DNA from: Candidatus Parcubacteria bacterium
GTDB taxonomy: Bacteria > Patescibacteriota > Minisyncoccia > SURF-38
Assembly: GCA_003599335.1 (NCBI GenBank)
Contig: QZJN01000001.1
Span: forward strand, 6,167-70,166
Reading direction: 5' to 3'
DNA: 64,000 nt
Shown here in pieces: positions 41,007-50,166 of the stretch. Both the position numbers and the translations under genes were made by a program. The first letter of the stretch is position 1; every line of letters starts with the position of its first letter. The notes under the pieces are model-generated. The model had not been told where the DNA came from. It made no database searches and saw only the letters and a list, made by a program, of their open reading frames with translations.

Positions 41007-42295
41007 TCTTTGTTTGAAGAAATTAAACGTCGAGATTCTATTTCCCAAATAATAATATTGGAAATGGCGGTTATAATATAAGAGGCAATAGAAGCTACAA
41101 CCAGCCCCCATATATGCCATCGCCATCCAAGGATTATAAAAAGTAAGATTCTTAAAGCCTGACTAATGATGCCATTGGCATAAAGAGCCCGCAGCATATT
41201 TTGTCCGTAAAAAACATTTCCTATGAAGATCGATGCAGGAACTACAATCAGTCCCAAGGCATAAACTTGAGAATATATAACGGCTTCAAGATATTGAGGT
41301 AAAAGCAGGTTGAATAGCAAGGGGCTTAAAATAATATACCCCAAAGCGAGGATGACCCCGACGAGTAAAGAGAAAGCAATGCGACGATAAAAAACAGAAC
41401 GGATTTCACCGATATTCTTTTCGGTTAAGCGGGGTAAAGATATGCTGGCCCAATTTTTTGCAAGACCCTTTAATCTTTCCGGTCCGGCAATAGCAAAACC
41501 ATAAATGGCCAGAGAAACAGGGCCCGCCGCTTGAAACAGAACTATTTTATCAAGGTATTGAGCCAAGGCTCCTATTATTCCAACGGCTGTAATATGAAAA
41601 CCGGTTCTTTTTAATTCGGAGATTGACTCTTGGTCCGGTTCTCCTTTTGTGAGAAATTTTTTTGTGTACAGATAAGCAATGATATTTGGTACAAGATTTA
41701 CCAGTGAGTATATCGAGATGATGGTAATGATATTTTTTGTATAAAAAAGAGCAATGATTGTTATTACTGCCGCTACAAAAGAGGAAATACCCCCAACCAA
41801 ACTTAAAAGATCAAAACGTTTTTTTCCTATAAAGACTGATTCGTATGTATGGTAAACGGCGCTTATCGGAACGGCAATTGCAAGCAATCCCAGAGATATC
41901 GCAAAAATTGCATTACCTTTAATTGCGTAATAGGCAGCTATGCCCCCAATGGCCACAACGGTAAATAAGTTATAGCGGAGTTGAAGTTTTATGGAGTAGG
42001 GCACAACGCTGTCTCTGCCCAAAGCAACAGCCCTTATCACGCTTGTGCCCATCCCGGTGAGGGTTAAAAAACCCAAAGAGCCGGCCAGTGAAAGAAGATA
42101 ATTGTATATGCCGTAGGTTTCTTTTGGAAGAAGATTACCGAAAGCTATCCCGGTTCCTATTGCCGCTATTATTCCTATTGTAAATCTTAGGGTTGTCCAA
42201 AATCCGCCCTTGGCTAGGTAGATGTTATCCATGCCGGTGTATCTTTGGGCGTCTATAAGTTTTTCCTTTAACCATCTCTTGACACCAGTACCCAT
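41003..42295 (-). CDS. wzx: Oligosaccharide flippase (Wzx-like)
   Basis: About 12 TMs, LLPKETYGIY, LDKIVL; located in the glycan cluster. Confidence 0.8.
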   Translation of the reverse strand: MGTGVKRWLKEKLIDAQRYTGMDNIYLAKGGFWTTLRFTIGIIAAIGTGIAFGNLLPKETYGIYNYLLSLAGSLGFLTLTGMGTSVIRAVALGRDSVVPYSIKLQLRYNLFTVVAIGGIAAYYAIKGNAIFAISLGLLAIAVPISAVYHTYESVFIGKKRFDLLSLVGGISSFVAAVITIIALFYTKNIITIISIYSLVNLVPNIIAYLYTKKFLTKGEPDQESISELKRTGFHITAVGIIGALAQYLDKIVLFQAAGPVSLAIYGFAIAGPERLKGLAKNWASISLPRLTEKNIGEIRSVFYRRIAFSLLVGVILALGYIILSPLLFNLLLPQYLEAVIYSQVYALGLIVVPASIFIGNVFYGQNMLRALYANGIISQALRILLFIILGWRWHIWGLVVASIASYIITAISNIIIWEIESRRLISSNKE

Positions 42296-42363
42296 AGTTG
42301 ATTTAAGATAGCATAGCGCTTGGTATTTTTCCAACAACTAAGCGCATTAATATTGATTGTTTT

Positions 42364-43281
42364 ATGTTAAATAAAAAACAAAAAGTTCTGGTAACGGGAG
42401 GGGCTGGATTCATTGGCTCTCATTTGGTTGATGCCCTCGTAAAAGAAGGTCATAAGGTTGTTGTGCTTGATAGTATGATAGGAGGTAAAAAAGACCATAT
42501 AAATCCAAAAGTTAAGTTTTATAAAGCGGATATCAGAAATCTAAATAAAATCAAACCGCTATTTAAAGGGATTGACTGCGTTTTTCACGTTGCTGCCGTG
42601 CCTAGGGTTCCTGTTTCTGTTAAATATCCAGAAATGACTCATCAGCATAATGCGGTCGGCACCCTGAATGTTTTAATTGCTGCCAGAGATGCCAAGGTGA
42701 AAAGGCTTGTTTATTCTTCTTCCTCGTCTGTTTACGGAGAACAAAATTCACTACCATTACATGAAGAAATGCCAACAAGGCCGATAAGTCCTTATGGTCA
42801 TCAGAAGTTAATAGGAGAACACTATTCCCGTATTTTCAGCCGTCTGTATGGTCTTGAAACGGTTATGCTGCGGTATTTCAATGTTTATGGTCCAAGACTT
42901 GATCCCAACGGCGCATACGCAATGGCAATCGGTAAGTTTTTAAAGCAGGCAAAAGAAAATCAACCACTAACTATTTTTGGTAATGGCAAACAAAGCAGAG
43001 ATTTTACCCACGTTAGAGATGTGGTTGGGGCAAATATATTAGCGATGAAATCAAAGCAGGTTGGAAAAGGAGAGGCTATAAATATAGGGGGAGGAAATAA
43101 CCATACGATTTTGGCTGTTGCAAAAATGATAAGCCCAAATTTAAAATTTTTGCCGCCCCGTCTTGGCGATCCGCTTCACACTTTAGCTTCCATAAAAAAA
43201 GCAAAAAAGCTTTTAGGTTGGCAACCCGAAGTTAAGTTAAGCGATGGTATAGAGGAGCTAAAGCAAATTATGCTTTCTTAG
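42364..43281 (+). CDS. NAD-dependent epimerase/dehydratase
   Basis: TGGAGFIGSH, SSSSVYG, YGHQK, LRYFNVYGP. Confidence 0.92.
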   Translation: MLNKKQKVLVTGGAGFIGSHLVDALVKEGHKVVVLDSMIGGKKDHINPKVKFYKADIRNLNKIKPLFKGIDCVFHVAAVPRVPVSVKYPEMTHQHNAVGTLNVLIAARDAKVKRLVYSSSSSVYGEQNSLPLHEEMPTRPISPYGHQKLIGEHYSRIFSRLYGLETVMLRYFNVYGPRLDPNGAYAMAIGKFLKQAKENQPLTIFGNGKQSRDFTHVRDVVGANILAMKSKQVGKGEAINIGGGNNHTILAVAKMISPNLKFLPPRLGDPLHTLASIKKAKKLLGWQPEVKLSDGIEELKQIMLS

Positions 43282-44630
43282 CGTCCGGCTTGAGAGAGAA
43301 TTGTTTTTATAGTTTTTAATATAATCGCTAAATCAAGAATAAAAGATCTGTTCTTGATGTAATAAATTTCATATTGAAGTTTTTTGTAAGCTTCTTCAAG
43401 GGATGTACCAAAGATGTTGTTAATCTGGGCCCAGCCGCTTAAACCGGGCTTGATAAGATGGCGCGTTGAGTAATATTGTATCTGACTTTCAAATTGCGCA
43501 ACAAATTCTGGCCTTTCTGGTCTTGGTCCAACCAATGACAAATCTCCTTTAAGAAGTGACCAAAGTTGGGGTAATTCGTCTAATCTTGTTTTTCTTAACC
43601 AGCCTCCAATTCTTGTAACTCTGGGATCGTTTTCATCCGCAAATTGAGGGCCATTTTTCTCGGCGTCAACTTTCATGGTTCTGAATTTTTTTATTTCGAT
43701 GATTTTGTTGTTTTGTCCAACGCGTCTTTGCCTATAAAAAATTGGCCCGCCATCGTCTAATTTAATCGCAAGTATTATTAGGGGGTAAAAGATAAGAGAA
43801 ATAATGCCCCCAATAAGACCGGCAATAATATCTATGGTTCTTTTCATAAAATCATAAGGGCTTTTTATTTGGGTTGATATGTGTTGTAAGAACCATGCCT
43901 GTTTGACTATTGAGATTGGTATTTTGCCGGTTGTTGTTTCATAAAACTGCGCAGTGTCGTAGAATTTCACCCCCTTAAAGATGTGGCTAAAAAGCTTTGA
44001 GGTTTGTTTATCGTTGCTAAGATGGGCGACTATAGCGTCTACTTCGTTATTATTTATTAAATCCTCAAGTTTATTTAGCTTGTGAACTGTCATTTCTTTA
44101 ACTTCCGCCGGTTTGTTCGTAAAAATACCGACAATTTCATACCCAAATTGCGGATTGTTTTTAAAGCTTTTGATCAACTCTTTCGTCTCCTCGTTTATAT
44201 CTGTGAAAGCCAGTTTTTCTTTTAGCCAGCCACCGCCAACAATGGATCGGGTAAAAAGTCGCCAGAAGAAAAGTATAATGGTGGAAATGCCAAGAACAAG
44301 GAGTAGATTTGTTTTTGGGGTGATTATAAAGATTGGAAAAATATAAAACACCGTTATTGATATAAGGCCGTTTATTGCCTGGAGTCTGAAGAGTCTTTGG
44401 AGTATGCCGATTTTATTGCTCAAGGTGAGAGGGCTGTAAAGATCTCCTATATAAAAAGTTATGAGCCAGATAGAAAAAATAATTGTGAATGGCAAAAGAT
44501 GTATATTCCAAACCTCTTCATTTGGTTGAGATAAATAACGAAGCAATAAAGCAAGCCACAAAGAGACATATAGCAAAAATATATCCCCAGCGAACATTAA
44601 AAAGTTTTGAAAACGAGCCCTTGTTCTCAT
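43278..44630 (-). CDS. Priming undecaprenyl-phosphate glycosylphosphotransferase (WcaJ/WbaP-like)
   Basis: N-terminal TMs; KFRTM, DPRVTRIG, RLDELPQL, LVGPRPERP, KPGLSGWAQ. Confidence 0.92.
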   Translation of the reverse strand: MRTRARFQNFLMFAGDIFLLYVSLWLALLLRYLSQPNEEVWNIHLLPFTIIFSIWLITFYIGDLYSPLTLSNKIGILQRLFRLQAINGLISITVFYIFPIFIITPKTNLLLVLGISTIILFFWRLFTRSIVGGGWLKEKLAFTDINEETKELIKSFKNNPQFGYEIVGIFTNKPAEVKEMTVHKLNKLEDLINNNEVDAIVAHLSNDKQTSKLFSHIFKGVKFYDTAQFYETTTGKIPISIVKQAWFLQHISTQIKSPYDFMKRTIDIIAGLIGGIISLIFYPLIILAIKLDDGGPIFYRQRRVGQNNKIIEIKKFRTMKVDAEKNGPQFADENDPRVTRIGGWLRKTRLDELPQLWSLLKGDLSLVGPRPERPEFVAQFESQIQYYSTRHLIKPGLSGWAQINNIFGTSLEEAYKKLQYEIYYIKNRSFILDLAIILKTIKTILSQAGR

Positions 44631-44734
44631 TTTATTTTTCTGTATTTCTAATATAGTCTATACTATAGGTCGGAGGATTATTTAAGCAAATCCTCCTTGA
44701 TTTTTAATTAGTTTGTGTTATATTATTCACCACG

Positions 44735-45418
44735 ATGAAAAATATAATTGAAGTTATAAAGGCTGACAAGCGCATTATAGTTTTTATTGGCATTGCCGTT
44801 GTTATTATTCTGGGCGGCTCTATTTATGCTTACTATAATTCCGAGGAAAAGGTTATAGAAAGGCTTGTTAAGGAAAATCCGCGCGGTGAAGAGTTTGCTA
44901 AGATAATTGCCGATTCTCAAAGTAAATTAAATGAATCCGGTTTAAGTCTAAAGGAAAAAATTGACGCCTTGCTTTCAAGCGCCGTGGCAAAAGAAGCCCT
45001 TGGTGACAGGAAAGGCGCCATAGAAGATTATAAAGCCGTGCTTGAATTAAACACCGCTCATCCGATAGCCCGTAATAATCTTGCCGGTTTGTATACGCTT
45101 ATGGGCCGCTACGAAGATGCCGAGTATCAGTATTTGGCTATTATTGCGACTCAGCCAAAAATTTTTGAGGGTTATATAAAATTAGCAGAACTTTACAGCG
45201 GATATTTTAAAGAGAAAGAAAGTTTGGTTCCAGCTGTTTTGAGTTATGCTATTGAACAGAATGGAACTCAACCGGCTTTTGTAGAAAAGTTAGCTCAATA
45301 TTATTATGATAAGCAACTTTACGTTCAGGCTCTCGAGCAGGTTGAGAGGCTTCTTCAAATTGATCCTTCAAGCGAATTCGGGAAAGCCATGATAGAAGAT
45401 ATACGTCAAAAAAGCTAA
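44735..45418 (+). CDS. Membrane-anchored TPR protein
   Basis: N-terminal TM; TPR-like ARNNLAGLY...AEYQY repeats. Confidence 0.75.
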   Translation: MKNIIEVIKADKRIIVFIGIAVVIILGGSIYAYYNSEEKVIERLVKENPRGEEFAKIIADSQSKLNESGLSLKEKIDALLSSAVAKEALGDRKGAIEDYKAVLELNTAHPIARNNLAGLYTLMGRYEDAEYQYLAIIATQPKIFEGYIKLAELYSGYFKEKESLVPAVLSYAIEQNGTQPAFVEKLAQYYYDKQLYVQALEQVERLLQIDPSSEFGKAMIEDIRQKS

Positions 45419-45422
45419 TCCC

Positions 45423-45533
45423 TTGACTTTTTAATAACCAAGTGCTAAGCTTATAAAAGATGGGTTTTTCCTTTCACTAGGAAACCTCTTCCATTGTCGG
45501 CAACAGACCTCGTGGTTTTCCCGAGGTCTTTTG
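45423..45533 (+). ncRNA. Candidate small RNA A (promoter, hairpin, terminator)
   Basis: TTGACT-N17-TAAGCT, hairpin GGTTTTTCC/GGAAACC, terminator AGACCTCG/CGAGGTCT-TTT; no ORF. Confidence 0.4.
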
Positions 45534-45607
45534 CTTTTTGGAGAGTTTATTTTTTGGAGTTTTTTAAGATTTTGGAACTTATATTATTGTCGTTATATAC
45601 TACAAGT

Positions 45608-45696
45608 GGGTCGGGGATACCCATCTAAAGACTTTGGAATTGGGGTACATCTCCCCGGCCCGTTTTTAACTGCCGCCTTGCTGGGGCGGTTTTTTG
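45608..45696 (+). ncRNA. Candidate small RNA B (long hairpin and terminator)
   Basis: TATACT just upstream; GGGTCGGGGA/TCCCCGGCCC stem; CCGCC/GGCGG-TTTTTT terminator. Confidence 0.4.
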
Positions 45697-45716
45697 TTGG
45701 ATGCTACAATAATCGT

Positions 45717-46673
45717 GTGAAGCTGATAAATATCCAACAAAAAACTAAATTGGCGCCCCTTACTTCATTTAGGGTTGGGGGAGATGCCAAATTTTTCTTT
45801 GAAGCTAAAACCAACGAAGAAGTTGGTTTGGCTATGATGTATGCATATGAGGAGAGTCTGCCTCTGTTTATACTCGGCGGGGGGACCAATATTTTGGTTT
45901 CAGATGGGGGTTTTGATGGGATTGCGATAAAACCCAACATTAAAAATATTAAGCCCGGTGAAGATTTCTTGAGTGTTGGCTCCGGAGCTTCTATGGAGAG
46001 TGTTCTAGATTATTGTCTTGAAAGGGGATTTTCTGGTCTGGAGTGGTCCGGTGGTTTGCCGGGAACAATCGGGGGAGCGGTCAGGGGCAATGCCGGAGCT
46101 TTTGGCGGGGAAATTTCAAATATAATCTCTGAAGTTTTGAGCATAAATGTTATTGGGGTTCAACCAAAGTTGATTCGTCGTTCGAGCAAAGATTGTAATT
46201 TTAGTTATCGTTCAAGCCTTTTTAAAACAAAAGAAGAAAAAGAAATTATTACCGAGGTTGTTTTGAGGTTTGATCACAAAAATAAAGATGAGCTTCGTAG
46301 GGTTGCTCAAGAAAAAATTCAATATCGGGCGGCAAATCATCCGCTTGAGTATCCAAACGCCGGCAGTATTTTTAAAAATATAAAAGCCCAAGATGCCCCG
46401 GAAGAGCTTTTCGAGCGAGCCCAAAAACTCGGTAAATTAAAAGGCAGGCCGGAAAGGATGATGATGCCAACAGCCTTCGTGATCGAAGAAACTGATCTTA
46501 AGGGTTTTAGTATTGGCGGGGCAGAAATTTCAACCAAGCATGCGAATTTTATAGTAAATAAAGGAAGGGCCACTGCCAAAGACATTTTTTCTTTGATAAA
46601 TCTTGTTAAGGAAAAAGTTGCCAAAAAATGGAAACTTGACTTAGAGGAAGAAATTCAGTATTTGGGTTTTTGA
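45717..46673 (+). CDS. murB: UDP-N-acetylenolpyruvoylglucosamine reductase
   Basis: TSFRVGG, LGGGTNIL, GLPGTIGGAVRGNAGAFG, FSYRSS, NAGSIFKN, KHANFIVN, LEEEI; GTG start at 45717. Confidence 0.93.
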   Translation: MKLINIQQKTKLAPLTSFRVGGDAKFFFEAKTNEEVGLAMMYAYEESLPLFILGGGTNILVSDGGFDGIAIKPNIKNIKPGEDFLSVGSGASMESVLDYCLERGFSGLEWSGGLPGTIGGAVRGNAGAFGGEISNIISEVLSINVIGVQPKLIRRSSKDCNFSYRSSLFKTKEEKEIITEVVLRFDHKNKDELRRVAQEKIQYRAANHPLEYPNAGSIFKNIKAQDAPEELFERAQKLGKLKGRPERMMMPTAFVIEETDLKGFSIGGAEISTKHANFIVNKGRATAKDIFSLINLVKEKVAKKWKLDLEEEIQYLGF

Positions 46674-46732
46674 AAAAACTTTGACACTTATCAGACTTTG
46701 TTTTCTAAATCAATCAATGGTCATCGGTTTTA

Positions 46733-47006
46733 GAGGGAGCTTTAATTTTTCTTGACCATCTTTATTATTGGTATGCCCGGCGCCACAACCTTATGTTGGG
46801 CGGTTATGACACCGGGTGGTTAAAGGTCAAGAGCCAAAGCATTCCTCAAAAAAAATAATGAAGAATGCATATACATGCCACGCAGAAAGAAGGCCGGCAG
46901 CGAAGAGATGAAATAAGAAATACCTCGGTATTTCTTGAATTTCCGTCGTTCGCCCACAACGAAAAATATATTTTCGTTTGGGTTCGCTCGGAAATATAAT
47001 CGCTGC
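46733..47006 (+). ncRNA. Candidate structured RNA upstream of hpf
   Basis: Two multi-helix domains (46733-46847 and 46897-47006); no convincing ORF. Confidence 0.5.
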
Positions 47007-47011
47007 ATGAA

Positions 47012-47043
47012 GCAAAAGCCCCGTCATAACGGGGCTTTTGTTA
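47012..47043. terminator. Bidirectional Rho-independent terminator
   Basis: GCAAAAGCCCCG-TCATAA-CGGGGCTTTTGTT. Confidence 0.8.
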
Positions 47044-47092
47044 TTCAAATTGCGCTCTTTGTGGTAAAAATGTAGAATGATTCATTGCCATT

Positions 47093-47515
47093 ATGAAAGT
47101 TATAATTTCAACGAGAAATCTTTCTTTAACCAAAGCATTGCAGGATTATATTGATAAAAAAATCAATAGCCTTGAGCATTTTATTGAAGCTTCTGCCAAG
47201 TTTAACTCGCAAGCTTTAGCCAGAGTTGAGATTGAAAAAATGACCCAACATCATAAAAAGGGAGATTATTTTAAAGCTTCAGCGATTTTAACTTTATCAA
47301 GTTATCGTTTCAGGGCAGAGAGTTTAGGCCCGGATCTTTACGCGGCTGTAGATGAGTTAAAAGATGAACTTGCTCGGCAGCTGAAGCACGATCGCGGTAA
47401 AAAAACAGCCAAGTACTTAAGAGGCGCAAGGTTTTTCAAGCACATAGTTAAATTTTCTCCCTTAGCTTGGTTTAAAAACAAAAAAGGCCATCGCGAACGA
47501 GAGGAGGGTTTTTAA
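47093..47515 (+). CDS. hpf: Ribosome hibernation promoting factor (HPF/RaiA)
   Basis: RNLSLTKALQDYIDKKI...DLYAAVD; classic position upstream of secA. Confidence 0.88.
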   Translation: MKVIISTRNLSLTKALQDYIDKKINSLEHFIEASAKFNSQALARVEIEKMTQHHKKGDYFKASAILTLSSYRFRAESLGPDLYAAVDELKDELARQLKHDRGKKTAKYLRGARFFKHIVKFSPLAWFKNKKGHREREEGF

Positions 47516-47523
47516 ATCAATCA

Positions 47524-50166
47524 ATGCTGAATTTTTTATTCGGAGATTCAAACGAGAGGGTGATAAAAAGACTCCGTCCAATTGCCGAACGTATTGGGGA
47601 GTTTGAACAAAAAACCGAAAAGTTATCTAATGAAGAATTAAAACAAAAAACTCAAACCTTTAAGGGAAGTTTGAGTTCGGGGATATCTTTGGAAGATATT
47701 TTGCCAGAGGCTTTTGCTCTTGTTAGAGAAGCCGCTAAAAGAACTTTGAAACAAAGACACTTTGATGTCCAGCTTATGGGCGGGGTGGTTTTGCATGAAG
47801 GTAATATAGCCGAGATGAAAACCGGCGAAGGCAAGACTTTGGTTGCGACTTTATCTGCCTATCTGAATTCTTTATCGGGAGAAGGAGTTCATGTTGTGAC
47901 GGTCAATGACTATTTGGCCAGACGCGATAGCGTTTGGATGGGACAGATTTATCATATGCTCGGCCTTAAGGTTGCATGCATAAATCATGACGCCTCATAT
48001 CTTTATGATCCGACACATATTGAAAAACAAGAAGAAAAAGACAAAGAACGCGATATTTTAGGCAGCTTCAAGGTTATATATGAATTTTTAAAGCCGATAT
48101 CGCGCAAGGAGGCCTATGAGGCTGATATTGTTTATGGAACAAATTCGGAATTCGGATTTGATTATTTAAGAGATAATTTAAGTTATGATAAAAACCAAGT
48201 CGTTCAACGGGGACACCATTACGCAATTGTTGATGAAATTGACTCAATTTTAATTGATGAGGCGCGAACACCCCTTATTATTTCAGCGCCAGACGAAGAG
48301 GCCGGCGAGCTTTATCGTAAATTTGCACAAGTGGCTAAGTATCTTAAACCGGGGACCCATTATCTCGTTGATGAAAAACGTCGGGCGACAACAATTACCG
48401 ACGAAGGCATAGAGGAGGCCCAAAGAAGAGCAGGAATTGGAAATATCTATGAAGCTGGGAATATTCGCTATGCCCACCATTTGGAGCAGGCGGTTCGGGC
48501 TGAAGCTTTATTTAAGCGTGATAAGGATTATGTGGTAAGAGATGGCGATATAGTGATAGTTGATGAATTCACTGGTAGGCTTTTGCCGGGCAGGCGTTAT
48601 TCAGAGGGGCTTCATCAGGCTATTGAAGCAAAAGAGGGTGTTAAAGTGCAAAGAGAATCAAAAACAGTAGCAACAATAACTTTTCAGAATTATTTCAGAT
48701 TATATAAGAAACTTTCCGGAATGACGGGTACGGCTTTAACCAGCGCCCAGGAATTTCATAAAGTTTACAATATTGAAGTTGTGGTAATACCTCCAAATAA
48801 GGCCTTGGCGCGCAAGGATTTGTCAGATGTTATTTATAAAACAGAACAGGCTAAATGGCGTGCCGTTGTAGAAGAGATAAAGTTGCGTCAGCAAACGGGT
48901 CAACCTGTTTTGTGCGGTACAACTTCAATTGAAAAAAACGAAAAATTGAGTGCCATGCTTAAAGTTGCCGGTGTGCAGCACAAAGTTTTAAACGCAAAAA
49001 ATCACGAACAGGATGGTGAAATTATTGCTCAAGCTGGCAAAGCCGGCGCGGTGACTGTCGCGACAAATATCGCTGGAAGAGGAGTTGATATTATCCTTGG
49101 GGGAAATCCGGCTTCGGCCGAGGAAGCCGAGCTGGTGAAAGCCGCAGGCGGCCTACATGTTATTGGAACTGAAAGGCACGAAGCCAGGCGTATTGATAAC
49201 CAACTTCGCGGGCGGGCCGGCAGGCAAGGAGACCCAGGTTCATCGCAATTTTTTGTTTCTTTGGAAGACGATGTTATTAGGGTTTTTGGCGGTGAACGCA
49301 TTAAGGGGTTTATGGAGACGCTGGGTCTGCCAGAAGATGTTCCGATTACTCATGGCATGGTTAGTAAGGCAATTGAATCAGCTCAAGCCAAAATAGAATC
49401 TTTTAATTTTGACGCCCGAAAATATGTTCTTGAGTTTGACGACGTAATGAACAAGCAGCGTCAGTATCTTTATAAATTACGTAGAGATATCGTTGAATCA
49501 GCATCGCAAAACCCTCAAAAAATAAAAGAGCTTGTTTTGGAATATATAAAATCTCAAACAAGAAAGTTGGTTGAATTTCACTTTTCTCAAGAGGGAGGGT
49601 TAAACAAAGACGAATTTAATAAGGTTTTGGTTGCTTGGGCAGGAGATCGGGGCTGGCAGAATATAGTTGAGAAAAATAATAGTGATTTAGAAGCGATCAT
49701 AGAAAGACTAACGGAAAAGTTTAATATCTTATATGAACAAAAAGAAAAAGAAGCCGGAAAAGATATTTTTTTTCAAACACAGAAAAACCTTTTGTTGCAG
49801 GTTATAGACACTTTATGGACCGAGCATATAAATAATATGGAGCATTTAAGAGATTCGGTGCGCTTGAGAGCTTACGGGCAAAGAGATCCCCTTGTTGAAT
49901 ACAAAAAAGAAGGACTAGAATTGTTTAAGCAATTAAAAGAAGCAATTCCGGGATTATTTGTGGCAAATATATTTAAAGTAGGAATGGCGAGTGGAACACA
50001 GAAAGCACAACAACAAGCCGTAGGCTATAAACCTGTAAGCCATAAGAGTTCTACGGCTTACGGCTCGACGTCTGTTAAGGCTGGGGACAAAAAAGTTGGT
50101 CGGAATGATCCGTGCTGGTGCGGTAGTGGTAAAAAGTTCAAGAAGTGTCACGGCAAGGGGAACTAG
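47524..50166 (+). CDS. secA: Preprotein translocase subunit SecA
   Basis: EMKTGEGKT, DEIDSILIDEARTPLIIS, RIDNQLRGRAGRQGDPG, SEC-C motif GRNDPCWCGSGKKFKKCHG. Confidence 0.97.
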   Translation: MLNFLFGDSNERVIKRLRPIAERIGEFEQKTEKLSNEELKQKTQTFKGSLSSGISLEDILPEAFALVREAAKRTLKQRHFDVQLMGGVVLHEGNIAEMKTGEGKTLVATLSAYLNSLSGEGVHVVTVNDYLARRDSVWMGQIYHMLGLKVACINHDASYLYDPTHIEKQEEKDKERDILGSFKVIYEFLKPISRKEAYEADIVYGTNSEFGFDYLRDNLSYDKNQVVQRGHHYAIVDEIDSILIDEARTPLIISAPDEEAGELYRKFAQVAKYLKPGTHYLVDEKRRATTITDEGIEEAQRRAGIGNIYEAGNIRYAHHLEQAVRAEALFKRDKDYVVRDGDIVIVDEFTGRLLPGRRYSEGLHQAIEAKEGVKVQRESKTVATITFQNYFRLYKKLSGMTGTALTSAQEFHKVYNIEVVVIPPNKALARKDLSDVIYKTEQAKWRAVVEEIKLRQQTGQPVLCGTTSIEKNEKLSAMLKVAGVQHKVLNAKNHEQDGEIIAQAGKAGAVTVATNIAGRGVDIILGGNPASAEEAELVKAAGGLHVIGTERHEARRIDNQLRGRAGRQGDPGSSQFFVSLEDDVIRVFGGERIKGFMETLGLPEDVPITHGMVSKAIESAQAKIESFNFDARKYVLEFDDVMNKQRQYLYKLRRDIVESASQNPQKIKELVLEYIKSQTRKLVEFHFSQEGGLNKDEFNKVLVAWAGDRGWQNIVEKNNSDLEAIIERLTEKFNILYEQKEKEAGKDIFFQTQKNLLLQVIDTLWTEHINNMEHLRDSVRLRAYGQRDPLVEYKKEGLELFKQLKEAIPGLFVANIFKVGMASGTQKAQQQAVGYKPVSHKSSTAYGSTSVKAGDKKVGRNDPCWCGSGKKFKKCHGKGN
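50127..50160 (+). other. Left attachment junction inside the secA SEC-C codons
   Basis: TGGTAAAAAGT-TCAA-GAAGTGTCACGGCAAG. Confidence 0.75.

Noticed and set aside
45440-45448. AAGTGCTAA as a second CIRCE
   Set aside because: Only a half-site; there is no TTAGCACTC arm 9 nt upstream.
45531-45716. 62-aa N-terminal extension of MurB in the ORF track
   Set aside because: It crosses a hairpin and a terminator; homology to MurB begins near GTG 45717.
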